Below are positions 31,807 through 41,879 of a stretch of DNA of 64,000 nucleotides, in pieces; the first letter of the stretch is position 1; the number at the start of each line of letters is the position of its first letter. The stretch is from positions 95,555 through 159,554 of the forward strand of contig CAVRCJ010000004.1 in NCBI GenBank assembly GCA_963719515.1, in the 5' to 3' direction. The translations under genes and the position numbers were made by a program. Below the pieces are notes generated by a model, which was not told the origin of the DNA, searched no databases, and saw only the letters and a program-made list of their open reading frames with translations. This DNA comes from an uncultured cyanobacterium (lineage in GTDB: Bacteria; Cyanobacteriota; Cyanobacteriia; CAKZMO01).

Positions 31807-32289
31807 AGGGTTAAGAAATGCGGCACGCACTCAGCTAAACCGGCAATGCAGCGGTAAATGTACCCTAGGCCGTAGAAACGGTTGACTTACGATAGAGGTT
31901 ATGCATGTGCTTTGCTTATGGGACGCTGAGGCCTCGGTAAAGTTCCGTACCTGCCCTTGCTAATGCTGTCTTGTATGTGACCTGGTTTCGTCCGGATGCT
32001 CCCAGAAAAGCCCGAATATCAGCGATATGGCTAAACGGCCTAAGCATCAGAGGACCGATGCGATCGCCTACTAACGATAGGCATTATCTGCATGCCGGTT
32101 ACGAGCAAGCCAATCAGTCCAGATCCCACCAGCAAGACATGGACTGGCTTTAGCGCTGATCCCAGATATGTTGTCGCCGTGAGTAGTAGGGACAGCAGGA
32201 TTGACGCGCTTTTGCGGCGCAATATACGAAACCGTATTATTCAGTTTTCCTTAAAAGGGTTGTGGTCGGCAGCAGGTGATAGAGCACCC

Positions 32290-32955
32290 CTAAACCTCAA
32301 TCCACTGCCGCAGTAAGTTGGCGTGGGTTTTACTGAGCAAATCAAATTCGAGTGTTTTGCCGTACTTCTCGAAGATAGAGCGGCGAGCGGTATCTAAATC
32401 GAACAGCAGTTCGCGCTGCTGGGCGTTGCGCAACAGACTTTGCACCCAGGTTACCGCCGCTAGCCGCACGCCATCGGTTACTTCGGCAACCTGGTGGAGA
32501 TAAGTAGAAGGATAAACAACCATTGACCCAGCCGCTAGCTTAAAGGACTGCTCCCCCACGTCTGTATCAATAATTAGCTCTCCGCCTTCATAACTCTCTG
32601 GCCCAGTAAGGAAGAGGGTCGCAGAGACATCGGAGCGTAGAACCGATGAAATCACGGCGTTATCCATATGCCAGCCGTACGCCATGCCTGCGCAGTAGCG
32701 ATTTACTAAAGGTGGACGAATCACTTTGGGCCGAGCAACGGCTTGGAACAGTGCGTTGCCCTGAAGCGCCGGAAGAACAACGGCTGCGATCGCCTGAGCG
32801 CTCTCAGTCTTCTGACGAAGCTGCTCGTTGTGCTTGACCGTTTTGGCGAACGTTCCGGCAGTACTGCTCCCCGCGCCAAACTCGGCTTTTTCTAGCAGAA
32901 GATGGATTTCTTTAAGGCTTTCCGGCGTCAAAACCTGATCGATGCAGACAATCAT
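32290..32955 (-). CDS. piuC: PKHD-type Fe(II)/2-oxoglutarate dioxygenase (PiuC/YbiX)
   Basis: G..TAG, K.N.Q, YG.H.DN, RSDVS.TLFL, YEGGEL, YPS..LH.V, W.QS, LLR.W. Confidence 0.9.
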   Translation of the reverse strand: MIVCIDQVLTPESLKEIHLLLEKAEFGAGSSTAGTFAKTVKHNEQLRQKTESAQAIAAVVLPALQGNALFQAVARPKVIRPPLVNRYCAGMAYGWHMDNAVISSVLRSDVSATLFLTGPESYEGGELIIDTDVGEQSFKLAAGSMVVYPSTYLHQVAEVTDGVRLAAVTWVQSLLRNAQQRELLFDLDTARRSIFEKYGKTLEFDLLSKTHANLLRQWIEV

Positions 32956-33020
32956 AGCTTGCAGCAGACTATTAGATGGTTTTGCCGGAGTAACCTCGTC
33001 ACTCCGGTAGGGAGTTTAGA

Positions 33021-33206
33021 TCACCCCCCCTCTTCGCCACCTTCAGCTTCGGGCGTTACCTCAGGGGTGGTATCGATCTCTTCTTGAGTATCTGATGGAG
33101 TATCGCCATCGTCACCGGTAGTATCGGCCTCGCCGCAGGCTGATACGGTAGCAGACAGGCCAAGGCTTAGAAACAGCGCGACGGCTTTAGACGGTCTAGA
33201 CACCAT
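33021..33206 (-). CDS. Small acidic lipoprotein ending EGGEEGG
   Basis: MVSRPSKAVALFLSLGLSATVSAC signal with lipobox, acidic tail; directly upstream of piuC. Confidence 0.6.
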   Translation of the reverse strand: MVSRPSKAVALFLSLGLSATVSACGEADTTGDDGDTPSDTQEEIDTTPEVTPEAEGGEEGG

Positions 33207-33286
33207 ATGTTGGGGAAACCTTATTGAGCAATTTACTATATCTGAAATGGTAGTGCACAGCGCGCGCAAAGATTCAGAGCAACAGG

Positions 33287-34189
33287 CTAATCTGATTCGA
33301 TAATCACCTCGGCGTCATCCGAAAGCGTCGTTCCATCGCTGCTAGTGGTGCCCGCGTTTGGCGTCACCTCCAGCGGAGCGACCTCAGAATCAGGTCGGGT
33401 AATCGAGGTTTCGGGCTGAATCGCACCGTTCTCGTCAGTCAGGCTGTCCGGGTTGTTGTCGGGCACAAACTCAAAATCGTTGCTGTCCTCCGCGTCGACA
33501 ACACCACCGCTGCTAGTGGTGCCCGCGTTCGGCGCCACCTCTAGCGGCGCGACGTTCGAGTCCGGAGTCGTACCAGAGGTCTGGGGCTGAATAGCTCCAT
33601 CTTCGGTAGCCCCATCAACGCGATCGCCCGCCACTTCACGACCCACCGAATCGATCGCGCCATCGCTGCCCGTGGGTGCCGTAATAGTAACGCTGGTCGA
33701 CGAAGGCTGACGGTTTTGGTCAGCTTCTGCCGTGTCGCTATCGCTCCCGTCCCGAGCAACGGCGGGGTCGGGCTGCGGAGCGGGTTCTGCTAGACCCAGC
33801 AGCACCTCACTGTCAGGGAAATAGGTGGCCCACTGCTCGGTTTGGGGTACAGCCGTCCACTGCTCACGGGTAACGTTCAAGTCCAGCACGGGGGCGATCA
33901 GCCCTGCGTTGCTGCCGTTGAGGGTAACCAGGACGCTGTCCGCAGAGGACGTTTCGAAGTAGCGCTGAACCTGTACTTGAGCCGTTTGCCCGGCCCGCTT
34001 CACAAACGCTTCGTACGATTCTCCTGGCAATAGCGCCACGGAAATTGACAACTGTTGCGCTGGCGCTGAAACCTGGGCTTTGGCGGGCAATACAAAAGCT
34101 ACGCCCGCGGTCATGAGGCTGAGGCTAAGGGCAGCGGCTTTAATCGTGGCTGCAGCTGTAGATTGAATCACAATAGATTTCTCCAACAA
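33287..34189 (-). CDS. Secreted hypothetical protein with a duplicated ~35-aa acidic module
   Basis: Signal peptide ending PAKA; GAIQP.TS.T.PDS.VAPLEV.PNAGTTSS occurs twice. Confidence 0.7.
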   Translation of the reverse strand: MLEKSIVIQSTAAATIKAAALSLSLMTAGVAFVLPAKAQVSAPAQQLSISVALLPGESYEAFVKRAGQTAQVQVQRYFETSSADSVLVTLNGSNAGLIAPVLDLNVTREQWTAVPQTEQWATYFPDSEVLLGLAEPAPQPDPAVARDGSDSDTAEADQNRQPSSTSVTITAPTGSDGAIDSVGREVAGDRVDGATEDGAIQPQTSGTTPDSNVAPLEVAPNAGTTSSGGVVDAEDSNDFEFVPDNNPDSLTDENGAIQPETSITRPDSEVAPLEVTPNAGTTSSDGTTLSDDAEVIIESD

Positions 34190-34380
34190 AGTGGTGGGGG
34201 CGGTTATGGGGGGCTGGATAAAGGCGGCTCTATTAGGGCTCTATCAAACGGCTTGATATCGGACAGTTTTATGCTGAACGCTCTGCGCAGTTTGGTTGTC
34301 TATTGTGAGGGGTGTCTGGAGGTTCGCGCCTGGGTCAGTCGGTAGATTTTGACGGCGGTGCGATCGCCCTCAAGAGAGAC

Positions 34381-34660
34381 TTACGCCAAGAACAGCCGGG
34401 CGACGCCAGTGATATTGTCTTCCCCGTAGCCTTGAGCGATCGCCTCCCGGTAGACCTCTTGAGCCGCCTGGGCGATAGGCGTCTCGTGACTGTGCCGTAG
34501 AGCATAGCGAAAATCTTTCTCCACCAGCTCAATGGGAAATAGGGGCGCATGGCTCCCTGTGAGCATCAGCTGTCCAGCTCCGCTGGCTGCTGGACTCATA
34601 ATTGGCAGCTGACTCAAGCAGGCGATCGCCTGCTTCGGGGATAGCCCCTGCTGCGTTAAA
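34381..34660 (-). pseudogene. C-terminal fragment of a beta-hydroxyacid dehydrogenase (3-hydroxyisobutyrate/6PGD family)
   Basis: SP.A.....ML....APLFPIELVEKDFRY, AI.QGYG..NITGV; no N-terminal Rossmann fold. Start approximate. Confidence 0.6.
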
Positions 34661-34791
34661 GTGCCAGTGCCGCCACTTGAATCAGGGATCACGGAAGAGC
34701 GCACCCAAAAGACGTAGGCTCAAAAATCGGCGATACTAGTACTCAGCCCGCTGTGTAGTTGATCGAGGCCTAGCCTTCCGTCTCACCCACC

Positions 34792-35376
34792 ATGACCAAT
34801 CCCCTCGAAGACCGCTCTGCCGCCCTGGCTACCGCTCAAAAGCTGCGCAACGCGGCGATCGCCGTCGCTGCGATTGTCCTTAGCGTGGCCCTCGTCGTTG
34901 GCCTTAGAAGTCCAGCCTCCTCTATGAGCTTAGCCGCCCTGGCCGAAGCCTCAACGCCCCTAGAAGTCGCCCTGCAAAGCGATCGCCCTACCCTGATGGA
35001 GTTTTACGCCAACTGGTGTACCTCTTGCCAGGCTATGGCACCCGATATGGCGGCGCTGAAGCAGGAGTATGGCGATCGCGTCAACTTTGTCATGCTCAAC
35101 GTCGATAACGATAAGTGGCTCCCAGAAATGACGACCTACCAAGTAGACGGCATTCCTCAGTTCGTCTTTTTAAACGCTCAGGGAGAAGCCGTCGCGGGTC
35201 TATTGGGCGAGCAACCTCAAATTATTATGGCCGCTGATCTAGAGGCGCTTGTGGCGCAGCAGCCCATCCCCCATCAGCAGCGTCAGGGAGCGCTGTCCGC
35301 AATTCAAGAAACGCCCACTGTTACGGTGCAGCCCGGTCCCCGAGACCATGGCGCCTCTCCCAGGGGAAACTCTTAG
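34792..35376 (+). CDS. txlA: Thiol:disulfide interchange protein TxlA
   Basis: N-terminal TM, EFYANWCTSC, NFVMLNVDN.KW.PE, VDGIP, PRDHG tail. Confidence 0.88.
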   Translation: MTNPLEDRSAALATAQKLRNAAIAVAAIVLSVALVVGLRSPASSMSLAALAEASTPLEVALQSDRPTLMEFYANWCTSCQAMAPDMAALKQEYGDRVNFVMLNVDNDKWLPEMTTYQVDGIPQFVFLNAQGEAVAGLLGEQPQIIMAADLEALVAQQPIPHQQRQGALSAIQETPTVTVQPGPRDHGASPRGNS

Positions 35377-36194
35377 TGGCTCAGCATTCCGTCAGGCATG
35401 GTGGCATTACTCAGGGTGGCGGCGTCTAAGGTCGCGCCGTCCAGCTTGGCTTTGCTTAAGTCAGCGCCGCTGAGGTTGGCGCTTGTCAGGTTTGCGCCGC
35501 TGAGGTCTACTCCCGTCAGATTCGCCCCCAGTAGCGTAGACGATTCCAGGTTGGCCTGCCTAAAGCAGCTCTCTGACAGGTCAGCTCGATTGAGGCGGGT
35601 GTGGCTTAAGTTGGCTTCGGTGAGGTCAGCGCCGGTAATGGTTGCGCTCAATAGGCGAGCGTTGCTTAGGTTTGCCCTCACCAGACGAGCCCCCGACAGC
35701 TTAACGCGGCCCATCTCGGCCCGGCTCATATCAACCCCTTCTAAGTCGGCGTTGGTCATATCGGCGCGGCTGATGTCCGCGCCGATCGCGTTCATATTTT
35801 TCAGGGTCGAGCCGCTGAGGTCGGCTCGCGTGAGGTCAACGCGATTCATAGTGGCATTGCTGAGGTCTACCCCCACCAAACTGACGCCCGCTAGGTAGGC
35901 GCCCAGCAGATTGGCCGACGTGAGGATAGCCCCATCGAGCTTGGCTCCGTTGAAGTCCACCCCACTGAGGTTAGCGCCGGCCAGGTTGGCCTGCTGGAGG
36001 TTGGCGTCTTCCAAGCCGGCGCCAACTACGTTGGACCTAGCCAAATTTGCGCCGCTCAAGTCAACGCCGCGCAGGCTGACCTGAGTCAGCATTGCGCCTT
36101 CTAAATCCGGCAATACGTCGGGATTGTCGCTACGCCACTGATTCCAGTCGGCGACGCTTTTTCGCAAGAGAGCAAGATGTTCCTCATTAGCCAT
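35373..36194 (-). CDS. Pentapeptide repeat protein
   Basis: MAN.EHL..L...V..WN.WR, A(D/N)LSG repeats, MPDG end. Confidence 0.93.
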   Translation of the reverse strand: MANEEHLALLRKSVADWNQWRSDNPDVLPDLEGAMLTQVSLRGVDLSGANLARSNVVGAGLEDANLQQANLAGANLSGVDFNGAKLDGAILTSANLLGAYLAGVSLVGVDLSNATMNRVDLTRADLSGSTLKNMNAIGADISRADMTNADLEGVDMSRAEMGRVKLSGARLVRANLSNARLLSATITGADLTEANLSHTRLNRADLSESCFRQANLESSTLLGANLTGVDLSGANLTSANLSGADLSKAKLDGATLDAATLSNATMPDGMLSH

Positions 36195-36448
36195 GATGTC
36201 CTAGCCTCAGTATGTTCTTAGATTCTCTGACGAAAAATGCGGACAAGGTGACCCCAACCCTCATCTACCTACAAGTCTACAGTGTCCCTTACAAGGGACT
36301 GACGCCGTCAACAGCTCGGCTCGTTACGCTTCTTAATATTGCGGCTTGGGCGTGGAGAGACCCGTCCTTTCGCTATATGATGAAAGCTAGGCTAGGCTAA
36401 TGGCTTGGCTCACTTGACGATTGGTTTAGAAAGTCTCTATCACGACCT

Positions 36449-36538
36449 ATGGATATTTTGACGCTCGGCTGGGTTTCGCTGCTGGTTCTCTTTACCTTTT
36501 CCATCACTATGGTGGTTTGGGCACGCAACGGGCTCTAG
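36449..36538 (+). CDS. petN: Cytochrome b6f subunit PetN (29 aa; below ORF-track cutoff)
   Basis: Manual translation [29 protein letters not shown]. Confidence 0.95.
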   Translation: MDILTLGWVSLLVLFTFSITMVVWARNGL

Positions 36539-36666
36539 TCTCTCCTGCACCTTTTTAAGCATTTGCTTCCAGTATCGCCGTGACACCATTGCCGCGTGAG
36601 CTGGCTATTCAGGGGTCCATCCTGCAGCCCCAGCATAGTTTAGCTTTTTCATTTTCCTTCGATACG

Positions 36667-36810
36667 ATGACGCCGCAGGCGTTTGCCCTGAGTACTCTGG
36701 CTGTGGCCGCTTTGGGGATGCTGCTCGTTGTGACGGGGGGCATTGTCTACCTCACTGCCGTCGAGTGGCGCGATCGCCGTCGTCGCGACCGCGATCGCCG
36801 CAGCGGTTAG
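36667..36810 (+). CDS. Small single-TM cyanobacterial protein (VTGG..YLT..EWRDRRR)
   Basis: ATG at 36667; hydrophobic helix followed by a basic tail. Confidence 0.7.
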   Translation: MTPQAFALSTLAVAALGMLLVVTGGIVYLTAVEWRDRRRRDRDRRSG

Positions 36811-36857
36811 CGGGCCCTGCACCGCAGTTTACCTAAGCCCGCATTTGGGCTGCCTCT

Positions 36858-37532
36858 ATGCCTACCTCAATCGAATCGATTGATTTAGCTCAATATATCG
36901 ATCACGCCCTGCTCGATCCGGCCAGCACCGAAGAGCAGCTTAAGCAGTGCTGCGTCGAGGCAGATCGCTACCAGTTTCCCGCTGTTTGCGTCTACCCAAT
37001 GCATGTGCGACTTGCCGCAGAGTATCTCAACGCCAAGCGATCGCGGGTTTGCGCCGTGATTGGGTTTCCGGCCGGGGCGACAACGGCAGCGGCGAAGCTT
37101 TACGAGGCGCAAGAGGCCGTGGAAGACGGGGCGAGGGAGCTAGATGTGGCGATTAACCGCAGCTGGCTGAAGATGGGCGACGCTGAGCGCCTGCACCGCG
37201 AGCTGGCTGAGCTGTGCGACATAGGTCAGCCCGTGAAGGCCATCCTGGAGATGTCGCGGTTGACGCCGCCGGAGGTGCAGATGGCGGTGGATGTATGCCT
37301 AAACGCTGGGGTGCAGTATCTAAAGACGAGCACCGGCTGGTTTGGCGGGGCGACGGTGGAGCAGGTGCAGCAGCTCAAAGCCCTCTCTAAAGACCAAGTG
37401 GGTATTAAAGCCTCAGGGGGCATTCGCACCGCAGAGCAGGCGGTGGCGCTGGTGCTGGCGGGGGCAACTCGGCTGGGCACCTCTCGGGGGCCGGAGCTCA
37501 TGCGGCTAATGGAGCTGATGGAGCCGTCGTGA
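36858..37532 (+). CDS. deoC: Deoxyribose-phosphate aldolase
   Basis: IDHALL, VIGFP.G, GA.ELD, KTSTG, KASGGIR, GATRLGTS. Confidence 0.95.
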   Translation: MPTSIESIDLAQYIDHALLDPASTEEQLKQCCVEADRYQFPAVCVYPMHVRLAAEYLNAKRSRVCAVIGFPAGATTAAAKLYEAQEAVEDGARELDVAINRSWLKMGDAERLHRELAELCDIGQPVKAILEMSRLTPPEVQMAVDVCLNAGVQYLKTSTGWFGGATVEQVQQLKALSKDQVGIKASGGIRTAEQAVALVLAGATRLGTSRGPELMRLMELMEPS

Positions 37533-37566
37533 TGGTCCGATTACGTCTCTTCCAGGCACCATAGCC

Positions 37567-38454
37567 ATGGGCGGCACCTACAAGGCGACGGGGATTACCC
37601 TCAAAAGTACTCCCTTTGGGGAAAGCGATCGCCTCCTGACGATTCTTACGCCAGAGGTCGGTTTAGTGCGGGCGATCGCCCCCGGAGCGCGGAAGCATCA
37701 GTCACAGCTGCGGGGCCGGAGCGGCATCTTTGTCGTCAACCAGCTGCTGATCTCCCAAGGCCGCAGCCTCGATAAGGTCCTGCAGGCCGAGAGCCTCAGC
37801 TCATTTCCCAAGCTAAGCCAAAACCTGGGCAAGCTAACCGCTGGGCAGTACCTCGCCGAGATGGCCCTTGGCGCTGCCCTTAGTCAGCAGCCTCAGGTAG
37901 AGCTGTTTACCCTACTCAACGGGCATTTGGCGCGACTAGAGTCCTGTTCTAACTCGGCAGCGCTGGCATTCCTGGTGCAGGGCATTTTTCACCTGCTGGC
38001 TTTGGAAGGGATTGCGCCCCAGGTGCAAGTTTGCTGTCTCACCCAAACTCCGCTACTGCCGGTGCTGTCGGACACCAGCTGGCGCGTCGGGTTTGACGCC
38101 AGCATCGGCGGGGCCTTTTTGCTGACTTTAGAAGACCCGGACGGCGATCGCGCATCACCCCGCCCTCTCAAGCGCGTTACCTCCAAGCTCACCGCCTTAG
38201 AGCTACTGCTTCTGCAGCAGCTCTCCCAGCCTGATCTGCTGCAGTCTGACGGCACCCTGCTTCCGGCTATTGCCTCAGAGCTTTCGGTCAACAGCCGCGA
38301 TGACCGAGCTGATGCCGAAGCGGGTTCCCAGCCCCCATCTCTTGAGATTGACAAAGCGGTTTGGCTTTCCCTAGAGCGAACGCTGCGGTACTACCTGCAG
38401 TATCACTTTGATAAGACGATTTACTCGGCTAAGCTCATCGAGTCCTGTTTCTAG
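37567..38454 (+). CDS. recO: DNA repair protein RecO
   Basis: GESDRLLTILT...GL...APGARK..S.L; cyanobacterial deoC-recO-MFS-GT gene order. Confidence 0.93.
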   Translation: MGGTYKATGITLKSTPFGESDRLLTILTPEVGLVRAIAPGARKHQSQLRGRSGIFVVNQLLISQGRSLDKVLQAESLSSFPKLSQNLGKLTAGQYLAEMALGAALSQQPQVELFTLLNGHLARLESCSNSAALAFLVQGIFHLLALEGIAPQVQVCCLTQTPLLPVLSDTSWRVGFDASIGGAFLLTLEDPDGDRASPRPLKRVTSKLTALELLLLQQLSQPDLLQSDGTLLPAIASELSVNSRDDRADAEAGSQPPSLEIDKAVWLSLERTLRYYLQYHFDKTIYSAKLIESCF

Positions 38455-38659
38455 GCTTTGATTCTTTAAGGCTTCAATGCCTCAGGCGTCCCAATAAGCG
38501 CTACGGTTAAAAGGTAAGGGAGTACTGCATGATCAGGGCTACCTCTCCACAATGCGTGCCCCTGGTGTATGTCGCCGCTGCATTCCAGCTGTCCCTGACA
38601 TAAAACTGCGCTCAACTCGCGCGCCGCGCGGGCTACGCCCATGACTATCCTCGTGTACT

Positions 38660-40138
38660 ATGAGCCGTCCGCCGACCATCAACGATCCACTGCCATCTCC
38701 ACCGCCTGAACCCCCCTCAGCTGAGTCCCGATTGCCTGATGCATCCCCCGAGGAGACCGGCACTGAAGCAGAGTTTGCTCCTCTTCCGGTCTCCCAAGGA
38801 CTGCTGCCGGTGCTCAAAAACACCAGCTTTTTGACGCTGTGGTCGGGTCAGGTGTTCTCCCAGGTCGCAGACAAGATCTACCTGGTCCTGATGGTGGCGA
38901 TTATCTCCAGCCGCTTTCAAACTGGCGCTCAGACTATCAGCGGCTGGGTTTCCACTTTGATGGTCGTGTTTACTATTCCCGCTGTGCTCTTCGGATTTTT
39001 GGCAGGGGTGCTGGTCGATCGATGGCCTAAGCGAGCGGTACTGGTGACTACAAACCTGCTGCGGGGGGGGCTGGTGCTCGTTCTGCCACTGCTGATTTGG
39101 CTGACCCAGGGCTGGATGGTTGATGATGTTCCCGTTGGCTTTTTAGCGCTGTTGGGGATCACTTTCTTGGTGTCGACGCTAACTCAGTTCTTCGCGCCTG
39201 CAGAGCAGGCCATCATTCCCCTAATCGTCAAGCGAAAAAATTTGCTGCCCGCCAACTCCCTTTACACCACCACGATGATGGCCTCTGTAATCGTGGGGTT
39301 TGCCCTGGGAGAGCCGCTGCTTAACGTCGTCGATGCGATCGCCGTCCGCGTTTTGGGGGTCGATATTGGCAAGGCGCTACTGGTGGGGGGCTGCTACATC
39401 TTGGCGGGGGGGCTGTTGCTATTGGTAACCCCCAAAGAGGCCAGCCGAGTTGAGCTGAGCAAACCTAACGGCGGCGCTTCTAGTCAGACAGACTCCACCG
39501 AAGCCTCCCCCCTCTCTCAGGTTTGGGCCGATATGCAGGACGGACTCAAGTATCTCAACCAGCAGCCTCGAGTGGGGGCCGCGATCGCTCAGCTGGTAGT
39601 CTTGTTCTCGGTATTTGCGGCGCTAGCGGTATTGGCAGTGCGCATGGCGGAGGTGATGCCGGCGATCGAGTCGGCTCAGTTCGGCTTTTTGCTCGCGGCG
39701 GCTGGAGTGGGTATGGCTATCGGGGCGGGAATGATCGGTCAGTTTGGACAGCGGTTCTCTCGGCGGCAAATCAGCGTCGTGGGCTCCTGCGGCATGGCGG
39801 GTTGTCTCGCTGGGCTATCGCTATTTACCCACCAGCTTTGGCCGGCGCTGGTCTTAATTGCCTGCCTAGGGCTGTTCGCGGCCTGCGTCGGCATTCCCAT
39901 GCAGACTACCGTTCAAGATGAAACGCCGGAGGCCATGCGAGGCAAAATTTTTGGACTTCAGAACAACGCTGTCAACATTGCCCTGAGCCTGCCGCTAGCG
40001 CTGGCGGGGCTGGCCGAAACGGCTTTTGGGCTCAGCGCGGTGCTATTGGGACTGTCAATAGCCGTAATTCTTGCAGGGCTACTGGCCTGGTATAGCTCCC
40101 GTACGGTATCGAAAAGCGCGTCGTCCCCTGTAAGCTAG
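38660..40138 (+). CDS. MFS transporter
   Basis: LW.GQ.FSQ.ADK, AGV.VDRW.KR, TQFFAPAEQ, RGK.FG. Confidence 0.9.
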   Translation: MSRPPTINDPLPSPPPEPPSAESRLPDASPEETGTEAEFAPLPVSQGLLPVLKNTSFLTLWSGQVFSQVADKIYLVLMVAIISSRFQTGAQTISGWVSTLMVVFTIPAVLFGFLAGVLVDRWPKRAVLVTTNLLRGGLVLVLPLLIWLTQGWMVDDVPVGFLALLGITFLVSTLTQFFAPAEQAIIPLIVKRKNLLPANSLYTTTMMASVIVGFALGEPLLNVVDAIAVRVLGVDIGKALLVGGCYILAGGLLLLVTPKEASRVELSKPNGGASSQTDSTEASPLSQVWADMQDGLKYLNQQPRVGAAIAQLVVLFSVFAALAVLAVRMAEVMPAIESAQFGFLLAAAGVGMAIGAGMIGQFGQRFSRRQISVVGSCGMAGCLAGLSLFTHQLWPALVLIACLGLFAACVGIPMQTTVQDETPEAMRGKIFGLQNNAVNIALSLPLALAGLAETAFGLSAVLLGLSIAVILAGLLAWYSSRTVSKSASSPVS

Positions 40139-40177
40139 ATCCTGCAACATCTCTAGCTGTAACGTCTACTGACCTGA

Positions 40178-41356
40178 ATGCATATCGCCTGGCTTGGAAA
40201 GAAATTCCCGTTCTGTGGCAACGTTACCTACGGTCGAGAAACGACTAACGCGCTTCTAGCTCGGGGCCATCGCGTTAGTTTTTTCCACTTCAGCGCTGCA
40301 GACATGGCGGACGGCCAAGGGAGTAAGCCGGCGTCAGGCCAGGCTGCGGCCACAACAGACTTCGACGAAGTTTCTTTGCCCTACCTCTATAAGTCGCAGA
40401 TCTATACTATTCCCTCTTTGCGCTCTAGCCGCATTCTCAAAGACGCCCTCCGGCGGCTAAATCCGGATGTCGTTCACGCCTCATTAGCCCTCTCGCCCCT
40501 CGACTTCAAGCTGCCGGAGATCTGCGGCGAGCTAGGGCTGCCCCTGGTTGCGACGTTTCATCCTGCTTTTGACGCCCAGCGCCGCAACCTTACCTCTAAT
40601 ACCCAGCAGCTCACTTACCAAATCTATGCGCCATTCCTAGCAGAGTACGATCGCGTTATCGTTTTTTCCGAACTGCAGCGGGATATTCTGCATCGTCTAG
40701 GGGTATCCGGACGCAAAATTAGCGTCATTCCCAACGGCGTAGACGCCAACAAATATTCGCCAGGATTTTCGTTACAAAAGGCGCACTTTTACGCCGAGCG
40801 CCTGTTTGTTTACCAAGGACGCCTCTCTGTTGAGAAAAACGTCGAGTCGCTGCTTCGCGCCTGGAAGCAGAGCCATATGGGTCCCTCTTGCAAGCTGGTG
40901 ATTATGGGAAATGGCCCCCTCGAGTCGTCGTTGCGGGCGCTGTACGGCGAGGAGCTTGGCATTATCTGGCTTGGGTTTGTTGCAGATGAACAGCGGCGAA
41001 TAGATGTGCTGCGGGCCGCTGATGTGTTCATTTTACCGTCGTTGGTAGAGGGGCTCTCGCTCTCGCTGCTAGAAGCGATGGCTTGTCAAACAGCCTGCCT
41101 CGCCACCGATGCGGGAGCCGATGGCGAGGTTTTGGCCCGGGGGGCCGGCATTATTCTCACGACGCACCGGGTGACGACGCAGCTGCAGACGCTTTTACCC
41201 CTATGCCGCGATCAACCTGAGTTGACCCACCGCCTTGGTCAAGCTGCCCGTCAGCGAGTGCTGGAGCGCTATAAGCTGCAGCAAAATATTTCCCTACTGG
41301 AAGCGCTCTACAGTCAGCTACGCCAGCAAAAAATGGCGCTAAGTCGCTCTCACTAG
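40178..41356 (+). CDS. Glycosyltransferase family 4
   Basis: MHIAWLGKK.PFCGNVTY, PNGVD, EKN, LPSLVEGLSLSLLEAMA. Confidence 0.9.
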   Translation: MHIAWLGKKFPFCGNVTYGRETTNALLARGHRVSFFHFSAADMADGQGSKPASGQAAATTDFDEVSLPYLYKSQIYTIPSLRSSRILKDALRRLNPDVVHASLALSPLDFKLPEICGELGLPLVATFHPAFDAQRRNLTSNTQQLTYQIYAPFLAEYDRVIVFSELQRDILHRLGVSGRKISVIPNGVDANKYSPGFSLQKAHFYAERLFVYQGRLSVEKNVESLLRAWKQSHMGPSCKLVIMGNGPLESSLRALYGEELGIIWLGFVADEQRRIDVLRAADVFILPSLVEGLSLSLLEAMACQTACLATDAGADGEVLARGAGIILTTHRVTTQLQTLLPLCRDQPELTHRLGQAARQRVLERYKLQQNISLLEALYSQLRQQKMALSRSH

Positions 41357-41879
41357 GAGATGTAGCCGCTAAGCTGCTGGCCAAGGGTGGGAAAAAGCGA
41401 TCGCCTTTCCCACCGTCAATAGACCTGAGTTATTGTACCGATTGAGAATTCTAATGGTCCGTAACCATCAATTTTTCTGATAGGTTTTTGAGGGTCGGAA
41501 ACCCTGCTTGGGCACAGTAGATAAGCACCAGTTCAGCTAAAAACGGCCCGGTGAACTGACTGCGTTTTTCGCGGTGGACGATTGTCTGTATCCATCGCCA
41601 AGCCTACATCTATAGATATAGAGGTTAGGCGCTTTGCTAGAGAGAGACACTGTGCAGCACACCCACTGTGTTTGAGGGGGATTTTAGCCCTATAGACGAT
41701 TATGAGTTTCCTATGACTGAATTTACGGCAAAGAGTCTGTGCTAGTTTGTAACAGTTCCGTAAATTGAAAATAAACTCATAACGAGTACGGTTAATGACG
41801 ACCTTGTATCCCGGCTTCGAACCTATTTTGTTTTGGTTCGTGCGGAGTTGGGCTCTAGCTGAGTTGAATTACAACATTT

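Noticed and set aside
32040..32222. 60-aa hydrophobic ORF upstream of wzc
   Set aside because: Non-ATG start and no recognisable family; insufficient support.
35373..36194. Strong periodicity
   Set aside because: Ordinary pentapeptide-repeat coding sequence.
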